From positions 7,564,001-7,628,000 of the forward strand of contig NC_043016.1 of assembly GCF_006345805.1 (NCBI RefSeq): DNA of 64,000 nt, written 5' to 3'. Numbering within the stretch: position 1 is the stretch's first letter; the number at the start of each line of letters is the position of its first letter. The position numbers and the translations under genes are program-made. Origin of the DNA: Octopus sinensis. Lineage: Eukaryota. Under the pieces are notes generated by a model that did no database searches, was not told the DNA's origin, and saw only the letters and a list, made by a program, of their open reading frames with translations. Positions 54,445 to 64,000 of the stretch are shown piece after piece.

Positions 54445-55199
54445 ACTTTTTCTGTTCCTGAGTGTTATACTAATACATCTAATTGTTTTGTACACCACCT
54501 GTCTTCGTCTTTTGTTTTTTTCATAAACTCTTCCTAGATCTTAAAATGCTTTTATTGTGATATGTATGTAATTATCTGTGTATCTCTTTTTTTAGTTTGG
54601 TCTTGATTGTGTGTGTGTGTGTGTGGGTGTGTATGTGTACGCGCATACGAGGAAAAGAAAGGAGAGCGTGCGTGTGTGGCCATCCACCTTTAACACTGAA
54701 ATATCTTGTATCAGATCAGTATTTTGTGTTCATTATCGCGCCACCACCACCACCATCACTACTGTTATCAAGTTGTCATCATCGCTACAACTACTACCAG
54801 CACTATTATTATCATTATTTCCATCATTATCGTTCTTTACCATCACCAACACTATTGGCATCCAGCCCCACCTACACTACAACCATCCCTCCACACCCCA
54901 CACACCCTGCAATCTCATCTACAACTATGACAACATTTACCTTATCATCATCATCAGCTACAAGTGTATGAAAACTTGACACAACTTGATTTATTATTTT
55001 GTATATTTTTTTTTTAGGTTTTTGTTCTTTTTTTTCCATGATGATACTCTGATTACATCTTATTGTCATTCCACCTTGAGGTATTATTGGTTGTGTATAT
55101 TGACACCTCTTCTGGAAGATTCTTGTAGTTGTAGACACCATTAATTTCAATGGTTTCAGTTGTAGAACTAGTTTGTGGTAGCAGATCTTCCTTGAATAT

Positions 55200-56075
55200 A
55201 TCTTTAAATGGTTGGCTGAGCTAGTATCATTGAAGAGTTTATCCAATGTCTTTTTTTGGATACTTTGGTAGAAGTCCCTTTTATATTTCTGATTTCTTTA
55301 TGTAGGCAGTTGAACAGCTGAGAACCTCTGGATATAAAACTGGTAAAATAGGTGTTTTTGTTCATGATTTTGGTTTATTTGGAAGCTGAGAGTATCTGCC
55401 AGTTCATGCTTTAAAATTCTCTCTAACACTGAAGTTTGGAACATTCCCCTCCAGGATTTTCTGTATGTATATGGTACTATATCTCTCACTTCAGCATTCA
55501 AGAGTAGAGAAGCAAGGCTTTCTGATATTTCCAGTGATAAAGGTTTTTAACAAAAGTTAGTTTACTCTTTTACTTGTTTGTCATTTGACTGTGGCCATGC
55601 TGGAGCACCGCCTTTAGTCGAGCAAATCAACCCCAGGACTTATTCTTTGTAAGCCTAGCACTTATTCTATCGGTCTCTTTTTGCCAAACTGCTAAGTTAC
55701 GGGGACGTAAACACACCAGCATCAGTTGTCAAGCGATGTTGGGGGACAAACACAGACACACATACATATATACAGCGGGCTTCTTTCAGTTTCCGTCTAC
55801 CAAATCCACTCACAAAGCTTTGGTCGGCCCGAGGCTATAGTAGAAGACACTTGCCCAAGGTGCTACACAGTGGGACTGAACCCAGAACCATGTAGCTGGT
55901 AAGCAAGCTACTTACCACACAGCCACTCCTGCATCTATATACTGGTAAATGTTCTTTGTAAACCTTCCCTTCTATGAGTTTGGTGATGTGGCTGATGAAA
56001 GATACATCATTTGACATGATTATTCCTATGTCCTGTTTCCCATTAGTTCTCTGACTCATTGTTGGTGTCAAATAA
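55200..56075 (-). pseudogene. Decayed CR1/L2-type LINE ORF2 C-terminus, split by a SINE at 55560-55932
   Basis: QDIGIIMSNDVSFISHITK (55950-56075); ERYSTIYIQKILEGNVPNF..TGRY and SFISRGSQLFNCLHKEIRNI..KKTLDK (55200-55545), with stops and frameshifts. Confidence 0.65.
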
Positions 56076-56699
56076 TAGTGTCTTCTATCATACCCTTGGA
56101 CCAACCAAAGCCTTGTATGAAATAAATATATGGAAAATAGATGCATTGTGTTCAAATACAAGGTAGGTTGGAAGCAGCTGGAATGACTTTGATGATAGAT
56201 GTATGCTGTATCAACCTGATCTCTGGGTGATCAATAAAATACACACATACACACACACACACACATGCACAGTTTATGTCTCCTAAATTCTTCTTTCACT
56301 AGATATAGGCTTGGTCATGTGATTAAAATGTCTGCTTCAGAACAATATCATTGAGGATTGGTTCCTGCTGCATGGACACTGTTGGCTGGTGCAGCATGTT
56401 GAGTGAAATCTGGTGCGTAGAAACTGAAGATGCCCTTCCTCATATGTGTGTGTGCGTGCGCCCATTGCGCTTGTTTCAATGTGCAAGTGTTGATTATAAA
56501 CAAAAGCTCACCATTCACTCAAATGGTGTCATTTGTTTATAATCCTCCATATGCTTGGAAATGGGTGAAGGTTGGTGACAGGAAGAGCATTTGCCTGTAG
56601 AAAAATCTGCTTTAACAACTGGTTATTAAAATTGCAGATAGCATGCATGAGTGTGAATAATACAAATATATATTAAAAGAAATGAACCAAAAAGGCAGT

Positions 56700-58100
56700 C
56701 TCAAATTTAGTAAGTAAAAACTAGGGGTTTTTTCAGCTTCCCAGAATTCATATTGCTCAGAAAATTCAGGTGTATAAAACAATTTCCATAGTTTGGGAAT
56801 CAGCCCCAATTTATATTTTTCAATTCTTAAAATTCATCTAATGATTTAGTGTTTGTGATACTAAAAAGTAAAAATTAATAAATATTTGAAAAAGAAAATA
56901 TGCATATTTGCAGAGAAAACTAATTAACTAAAAAGCTAAATATTTTCCTAATGATTAAAAATATTTCAATCTATTTGATATTTTATTTCATGAAGCAGGA
57001 GTTGTTGATAGTTTGTTGTCACTTAAATTTGATTAGGAGTTTATAACAAAGAAAAGGCTTTCTCTCTGCTTTGATTGAAATGGTCCCAAGGTTACACAAT
57101 TGTTTATGCCAGGTGACACTTCTGTTTGCAGTAATTTGATATACATTCCTTAACGATATCCTTTTTTTTTTTTTATTCACAACATGATTGAATGTTCTTT
57201 TGATTGTTGTTGTTTTTCTACAAATTTGTTAATGGCAACATTTAATATCTGTAGTATAGACATTTCCTTTGAGGGAAGTGGGTGCTTCAATTATCATAGG
57301 TTTGGAATCGGAATGATAAGTGGGGGTTCTTCTGGTAAAATTATGAGCATCCTTTTTTAACAATTTCTTTGTGATATTTAACCATAAAGTTTCTGGTGGC
57401 AAAATTAGATATGAGTCAAGTGTGGTCAAGATTAAAACAGGATTATTTAAATACTTCATTAATCCAATCAGATTCAGATTCTTTTGTTATTTGATTCTTT
57501 TTCATCAGCAAAACGGATACTGGACTGTTCTGTCACTTCAATTCTTTTAGAATAACAACAAATATGCTCTCTGTAGTGACAAACAATGCATCTCTTTGAC
57601 CTAGATTTTCAAGTTCACTATAATTGGTTCTAATGCTGGAACTGTATAAATAGTATTAAATTCTTTGTCTTAAAAGTCGATTGGATGCTTTTGTATCAAT
57701 TATAACTTTCACACTACAACCTCTAAGGGACACGAATATTCTACCACTGCAAATAAACTATTTCTGTTTTGCTTTAATGTTTGGCTAATTGAAATTCATG
57801 ACCATGATCTTCTTTAACATATTTCTGAAGTATTCCATTGGAATGAACTGACAATTATTCTAATTTTTTAATGAAATTGTTAATGCTTAAATTTTCTTTG
57901 GTAGTAGGGTCTTCTTGTATAATGTGGGTTATTTCATTAAGTAAATCAACATAATTATTAAACATATTCACAACTGTAGAATCTATGCATTGATCATCCT
58001 GAAATGTACCTTTGAGCTCACCATCATCATTACAAAGATCATTAGTTCAATTAATTTTATTCAATTTTCTTGTAATGAGCAGCACAGCCAAAGGAAGTCT
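56700..58100 (-). pseudogene. Decayed coding-like segment, possibly the N-terminal part of a Penelope-like element ORF
   Basis: Long frames broken mainly by TAA/TGA/TAG plus a few frameshifts; segments IKKLE..., KASNRLLRQRI and LNVAINKF recall PLE pre-RT regions. No RT motifs seen. Confidence 0.35.
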
Positions 58101-59174
58101 ATGAGCATAACAAATTGATATTTGCAATTAATAATCTTACCAAGTTTAACCATAACAGTTACAACTGTAATTTTATTTATTTATTTACTTATCAAAATTG
58201 AATTCAGAAATAATTGTTTTTTTAAAACTTAAATTTTTTTTTTTCAGTCAGTAAGCTTCTATAAATTTTAACCATTCCCTTACTCCAGAATTTATCAGAT
58301 TAGTGTACATTTACATTCAAATATCTACAACACAGAGATGTATATTCATCCAAAGAAATATTGAATTTTTTCCTCATTCTATTAGTTATTCTACTAATCA
58401 CAGTATTTTTTTTCTTTTCAAACCTTGTTCACATTGAATCATCTTCGTTAAACGAGAACCTTCAAATCTTTATCTGAAATAAACTTTACTATAAAAAAGC
58501 ACTATCCGACTCGTGGCCGATGCCAGCGCCGCCTCCACTGGCTTCCGTGCCGGTGGCACGTAAAATACACCAATCTGACCGTACGACAGGCACCCATGCC
58601 AACCCCTTTGCTTGCGAAGACATGTTGGGGCAAGCGAAATCGAAATCGAATTGAACCAGCCAGGATCCCTGGTCTGGTGGTACGTAAAAAGCACTATCCG
58701 ACTCGTGGCGATGCCAGATGCCCGCCTTGACTGGCTTCCGTGCCGGTGGCACATAAAATACACCAATCCGACCGTGGCCATTGCCAGCCTCGCCTGGCAC
58801 CTGTGCAGGTGGCACGTAAAAAGCACCACTACACTCACGGAGTGGTTGCGTTAGGAAGGGCATCCAGCTGTAGAAACATTGCCAGATAAGACTGGAGCCT
58901 GGTGCAGCTTCTGGCTTCCCAGATCCCCGGTCGAACCGTCCAACCCATGCTAGCATGGAGAACGGACGTTAAACGATGATGATGATGTTTATATTGCATT
59001 TGTAAACAATCCAACATATATGGTTATTTCTTCTATAATTTGTCTTTTTTCTTTTCTATAAAGAGACTTATTTTCTGTTGGTTGATTCTGTTTGAAGGTG
59101 ATTCTTTTATTTCAGTTGTACAGGTACAACATCAATTTTCTGGAACCTTCAGTTTCAAAGGCTTTCAGGATTAC

Positions 59175-59201
59175 TCATTTTCCCAAACCAGGGGTGGTCA
59201 C
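59175..59201 (-). CDS. Candidate 27-nt second exon (xDHPWFGKM) of the gene starting at 59732
   Basis: Acceptor tattatttgtttaatctag, donor TGA|gtaatc, phase 1-1. Weak support. Confidence 0.25.
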   Translation of the reverse strand: MTTPGLGK

Positions 59202-59243
59202 CTAGATTAAACAAATAATAATTAGTTTCTATATTTAAGAGAA

Positions 59244-59323
59244 AGGCAGTGACCTTAATAATAATAATAATAATAATATCGAAAAGTACCTTAGGAATGA
59301 GAACCCAGGTTCGAAATTTCCCT
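59244..59323 (+). mobile_element. Body fragment of the SINE whose head forms the 30290 palindrome; runs into the gap
   Basis: aggcagtgacc-(aat)n-atcgaaaagtacc matches aggcagtgccc-(aat)n-acataaaaaaatac at 30407-30450. Confidence 0.55.
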
Positions 59324-59423
59324 NNNNNNNNNNNNNNNNNNNNNNNNNNNNNNNNNNNNNNNNNNNNNNNNNNNNNNNNNNNNNNNNNNNNNNNNNNNNN
59401 NNNNNNNNNNNNNNNNNNNNNNN
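59324..59423. other. Assembly gap (100 N)
   Basis: Run of N. Confidence 1.
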
Positions 59424-59732
59424 TTTCTCGTGCAAAAACTGCGATTGGTTTTTGGGAGGGTCAAACCAGATTTCCTTATAGTTTTTAAGAGCCGTTAACC
59501 TCCCAGTCACCTTTTTCTTGTAGCGGTTTTTGGCTGGAGAACTAATTTCGACGTCAACAGAATCAGGTGCGTTGCTTGCATCATAATGGGCATCGACTGA
59601 ACCCGATTGAGTGTCCTTAGCAGAGTTAATACCATCGTTAGCAGGGACAATGCTCAAATTTTGGCTATCATTAACAATGGTACTATCATCAGCTGCACCA
59701 CCACTGCCACTGTTATCTTCACAGTTCGCCAT
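59424..59732 (-). CDS. Probable first coding exon of an unidentified - strand gene (MANCEDNSGSGGAADD...NYKEIWFDPPKNQSQFLHEK); 3' end lost in the N gap
   Basis: 103 stop-free codons of complex sequence, ATG in tttcaaaATGG context, CpG-rich, adjacent to a CpG-retaining domain. No donor visible before the gap at 59324-59423. Confidence 0.6.
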
Positions 59733-60718
59733 TTTGAAATTAAGCTACATACATATAGAGGGAACACGCGCTGCTGGTACACGCACAGACATACATATAT
59801 GCACACATGCGTGCACAGAACAACAACAACACTGGAAACTCTACCACTAGTAGTAGAATTAAACTATAACAGTGGAACTAGTTAAGTAGATATAAATGTT
59901 GAGTGCTATCGTATTGGTTTCCGTTTGTTTTGTTTAGTTTTTTTTTTCCTTCCGTAGAATGTTGTTTTTTGTTGTTTTTTTTTTTTTTTGTTTGCAAGAA
60001 GTGCGTGACAGTTCTGTGACAATTGCAATTACAAATGAATACAAGTTGCCAAAAGTGAATTAGCACGGTTTAACTTGTATACAAAGACGTAATATTGAGT
60101 CTGGGGGTGGTGGCGGGGGAAGGATTATTCTTCGATCACCGGTTTCGGTTTGAAAAGTAATAACTAAAGTAGAAGAGTGTCTGTGAAAATATGTGAGAGA
60201 AAGAGATAGAGAAAAGGAGAGAGAGGGGGAAAGAAAGAAGTGGTAAATAAAAGGGAGAATTATTTATGACAAGAGTTACGTACCTTGTGCAATGGTGCGT
60301 TTTGCAATTAAGGGGGAATCAGCAATATAATTATAAAGATAATTAGTAGAGAAATGACAAATTATATAAATATATATATATATATCTATAACCAATATAT
60401 AATTGGTTATATATATATATATAATATATAACCAATTACAAATAAATACACAGTCCTAAATAAACAGTGTGTATGTATATGTATAGTCCGTGAAACAGAT
60501 TAAACCCACCCGATTAGCATGTAGTAGTAGCTGTAAGTGTTGTGAATATAATAAATAGTTATTTTATTGTTGCTGTCTTCACTCTTCGTCGTTGATAATT
60601 TCTTCAGATTTCTGGTGCATCAATTATGTCCACTTTAGCAATTAATATTACTGTTATTGTTTTCGTTTTTGTATCCTTCTTAGCTTTATGCTCTTTTTTG
60701 TTTTCCTTTTTTTAATTG

Positions 60719-60749
<31 letters not shown>

Positions 60750-62384
60750 CAGCTTCTTTTATCTTCCGCGTCGCCCGGCTGGGATGGGCTTTTTTTATTT
60801 TTTCCTGTGGTAGTTTTCAAATAAATTACTTAATACATGTGACGGTATAATTCCATGTGACAAAAGATTTAGTGAAAAAGAAATGAAGCCTTACTTATGT
60901 AGGTTTTTAGTCCAGTATCCTCTTTCCCCATTAAAAAGAAAGCCAAGTACTCAGCACTTATTTACTTAATCAACACGAGCGGAATATATTCCAAGCAGGC
61001 TGACGGCGACACACGACATTCAGGTGCGAGCGAGTATTTATAGACAGCTGTATGTCTGCGGAACTGTCAGCATGTATGCGTTTACAATAGTGACTGAGTA
61101 ATGGCTTAAGTGTGCACAAGTATGTATATGTCTGTGAAATGTTATTTTATTTGGCTGTTCTTTATCTTTTTTTTTTTGTTTGTTTGTTTGAGTAATGTAA
61201 ACAAAAGAGTACAGCAAATAAGAGTGGTTTGTGATAGGGTCGTACACCAACGTATGAATGCGTGGAATAAGCGTATGAGAAATATGTCGAAATGTATCAA
61301 GCCAAGGAAATATTCACAAGTAAAACAATTTACTGTTTCGGTAAAATAGTGCTGTCAAATAGTAGTTCCTGTAATAGTAGCAGTAGTAGTAGCTGCTATA
61401 GTAGGAGTTATAGTACGGTAAAGCTATGTGGTGGAGTCGTTCTGTTGTCGCAGTCGCTTCTGAAGTAAAATCTCTTATACGCTGATGTATTAATAGCAGC
61501 CGTCGCAGTAGTAGTAATAATAATAGCAATTGTTGTTTAACCCCCCCAGGTCAGCCCTGGTCGAGGTGTCAGCAAAGCTTCACCCGTTTTTCTGTAATAA
61601 CGAAGATTATATTGTCCAATATGTCCTTGCTTTTCTATTTCTTTTTTTCGTTTAGACATTAGTGAGTGATTTCGAGGTGGGGGGGGTTTGACTGCTACTT
61701 CGAACAAGTCCACCGAACACGTAGAAGTTGCCTCTTTGTTGGTACTGTATTAGTACTTGCTATTACTGGTTTAAATAACTGCAGTAGCAGCAACAGCAGC
61801 AGCAGTAGTAGTAGCAGTAGTAAATAGTTGCATTATTTACTCGTAAGTAACTGCAGCAGTAATGATAGAATAGTAGTGGCAATAGTAGTAATAGTCGTGT
61901 AGTAGTAGTAGTAGTAGTAATAGTAGTTGTTGTTATTTAACCCCAGGTCACTCCTGATTGCGCAGACATGATGAAAAGCATTCCAGCCATGACCAAACTG
62001 CCTAATTTGAAAAAAATATGACTAAAACTGTATTCTCCAATGTGTCCTTCCCGACTTTTTTTTTTTTTCCTGAGACAATACGGTAAAATTTGTAGAAGAT
62101 TTGGCTGGTGTTTCTAGCAAGTCAACCGATCGATAGAGGTTTCTTTTTTTAGCTTTGTTGGGTGCTGTAGCCGGTGGTGGGAGTAAATAACAAAAGCAAC
62201 CATAATTTTTTAAATAAGAATTAAAAAGAGTTTGGTAAGGCGAATGGAATTGTATTTGTTGTTGTTGATATTGTTATTGACGTCGTTGACTATATTGAAG
62301 TTGTTGCTACAACTGTAACCCAAACGGGCAAAAAAAGGCATATGAATAGATGGATGTATTTATGTACATGCGTCTGTTTATATA

Positions 62385-62428
<44 letters not shown>

Positions 62429-62830
62429 TATAATATATCATCATCATCATCATCGTTTAGCGTCGTTTTCCATGCTAGCATGGGTTGGACGGGGTCAACT
62501 GGGGTCTGTGAAGCTGAAGTCTTCGTCAGGCCCAGTCAGATCTGGCAGTGTTTCTACAGCTGGATGCCCTTCCTAACGCCAATATATATATATACATACA
62601 TACACACACACACGACGTTATATCTTTTGTGTTTTTCTTTTATGCCGAATGAACACACGCACTATATATTCCTTCTTCACTCGTTTATTATTGTTCTTAT
62701 TTTATCTTATGCCCATTGTCTAGAAATCTTTTTTGTCACACACCTGTGACCTCTTCAACGACTCTTCCATGCCACTTGTCTCCTCTTGTTCCGTTTAGTC
62801 TATTCTCCATATACACATACGTCGTCGTCG
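59424..62830. promoter_or_regulatory. CpG-retaining, promoter-like domain
   Basis: Frequent CG dinucleotides in unique sequence (ccgcgtcgcccgg at ~60760, gacggcgacacacgac and gtgcgagcgag at ~61000, gtcgcagtcgc at ~61450), whereas most of the window is CpG-depleted; abuts the 59732 ATG. Judged by eye, not counted. Confidence 0.45.
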
Positions 62831-63064
62831 TTATCATCATCATCATCATCATCAACAACATTGTTTAACGTCTGTTGTCCGTGTTGGACAGTTTGACCAG
62901 AGCTGGCAAATGGGGGGGGGGGGGTGGAACTGCACCAGATTCCAGTCTGATTTTGGTATGGTTCCTATGGCTGGATGCCCTTTCTAAAACCAACCACACA
63001 GCAGAGTGTGCTGAATGTTTTTAAATAGTACCACCACAAGTGCTTTACACAACCAAAGAGACCA

Positions 63065-63235
63065 GTCTTAACACTTCTGCTGCAGAGTACCGGTCTTCCT
63101 GAGTACAACATGGTGTCAGGTATCTCAGTATTTTGTCATCTTGCCTGAAAGATTCAGAATCCTGAGGTCGTGATTCAGTACTTCATCCCATGTCTTCCTG
63201 AGCCTCCCACTTCCATGTGTTCCATACATATTTAT
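63065..63235 (-). mobile_element. RTE-like LINE 3' fragment
   Basis: GSGRLRKTWDEVLNHDLRILNL. Confidence 0.7.
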
Positions 63236-64000
63236 AAATATGTCGGTGGCACATAAAAAACACCATCCGAGCGTGGCCGTTCGCCAGCCTCGTCTGGCAC
63301 CTGTGTCGGTGGCACATAAAATCACCCACTACACTCTCAGAGTGGTTGGCGTTAGGAGGGCATCCAGCTGTAGAAACACTGCCAGATCTGTGGCCTGGTG
63401 CAGCCTTCGGGCTCCCCAGACCCCAGTTGAACTGTCCAACCCATGCTAGCATGGAAGCGGACGTTAAACGATGATGAATGATGATGATATGTGTGTGTGC
63501 GTGTATTATATATATCTGTTTCTTTACTGCCCACAAAGGGCTAAACATAGAGGGGACAAACGGATTAAGTCGATTACATCGACCCCAGTGCATAACTGGT
63601 ACTTAATTTATCGACCCCGAAAGGATGAAAGGCAAAGTAGACCTAGGTGGAATTTGAACTCAGAATCTAACGGCAGACGAAATACGGCTATGCATTTCGC
63701 CCGGTGTTCTAACGATTCTGCCAGTTTCATATGTCTACTATTGCACTTAGCAATATAGGGTCTGTATTAAGACCCTATATTAAGACAAATGATGCAGGCC
63801 TTGGATTCATCAGATCCTATTAAACCAGTGAACCCACACCACCATGGATCATAGACCTTAAGACAAATGTAGGCATGAAACCAGCAGTAACTTTCTGACC
63901 AATTATATACCTATTTCTTTACTACCCACAAGGGGCTAAACACAGAAGGGACAGACAAACGGATTAAGTCGATTATATCGACCCCAGTGCGTAACTGTTA

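Larger units (their letters stand above)
53976..54532 (+). mobile_element. Tandem array of three ~193-nt monomers, each carrying a minimal type I hammerhead-like motif (Penelope pseudo-LTR or non-LTR retrozyme-like)
   Basis: Motif cores start at 54026, 54219 and 54413 (spacing 193 and 194 nt); the third monomer is truncated at its 3' end. Confidence 0.7.

Noticed and set aside
55080-55140. GIY-YIG-like GVY-x11-Y motif (INGVYNYKNLPEEVSIYT) on the minus strand
   Set aside because: It lies downstream of a clear CR1-type C-terminus, i.e. in probable 3' UTR, and lacks YIG and the conserved Arg/Glu context.
45303-55342. Chain of short + candidates (45303-45317, 48369-48381, 49988-49993, 55306-55342) that can be joined as FDKLSSQLK-KP-AVEQLRTSGYKT
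   Set aside because: Donors are weak, the phase does not join the 43755 exon, and the last one lies within a LINE remnant; this is within chance expectation.
57670-57730. Retropepsin-like VKVIIDTKAS
   Set aside because: The catalytic DTG is DTK, there are no gag or RT motifs nearby, and the flanking peptide fits a Penelope-like N-terminus at least as well.
55030-58100. Stops rescued by A-to-I editing or a variant genetic code
   Set aside because: All three stop types plus frameshifts are present; ordinary decay of retroelements explains them.
59235-59323. Continuation of the 59732 ORF beyond the gap (GNFEPGFSFLRYF...)
   Set aside because: It is SINE body plus (AAT)n, and the frame across a 100-N gap is meaningless.

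Overview
This is AT-rich, repeat-dense eukaryotic DNA with long introns. The SINE/LINE and (TA)n/(TATG)n repertoire resembles a coleoid cephalopod such as octopus (inference from repeat style). No prokaryotic features, rRNA, true tRNA or CRISPR were found, and almost all ORFs in the supplied track are microsatellite or SINE artefacts. Genic signal is sparse: one well-supported + strand internal exon (43755-43838), a - strand first-coding-exon ORF (59732 to the assembly gap at 59424) beside a CpG-retaining promoter-like domain, and several microexon and terminal-exon candidates on both strands. I could not name any of these genes. The rest is tRNA-derived SINEs, RTE- and CR1-like LINE fragments, two non-autonomous Helitrons, a piggyBac-like MITE, mini/microsatellites and a 973-bp tandem duplication. 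The main discovery is a set of type I hammerhead-ribozyme (HHR) motifs from several distinct small element families, mostly embedded in (TA)n. They comprise a tandem array of three ~193-nt monomers (53976-54532), dispersed relatives with compensatory stem I changes (7631, 11470), a canonical CUGAUGA/GAAA/GUC ribozyme inside a fold-back (41623-41707, duplicated at 42596), a long-stem-I HHR (52952-53009) and further fold-backs pivoting on HHR-like motifs. This points to a Penelope-like or retrozyme-like self-cleaving RNA mobilome. All structures were folded by eye and none was tested.
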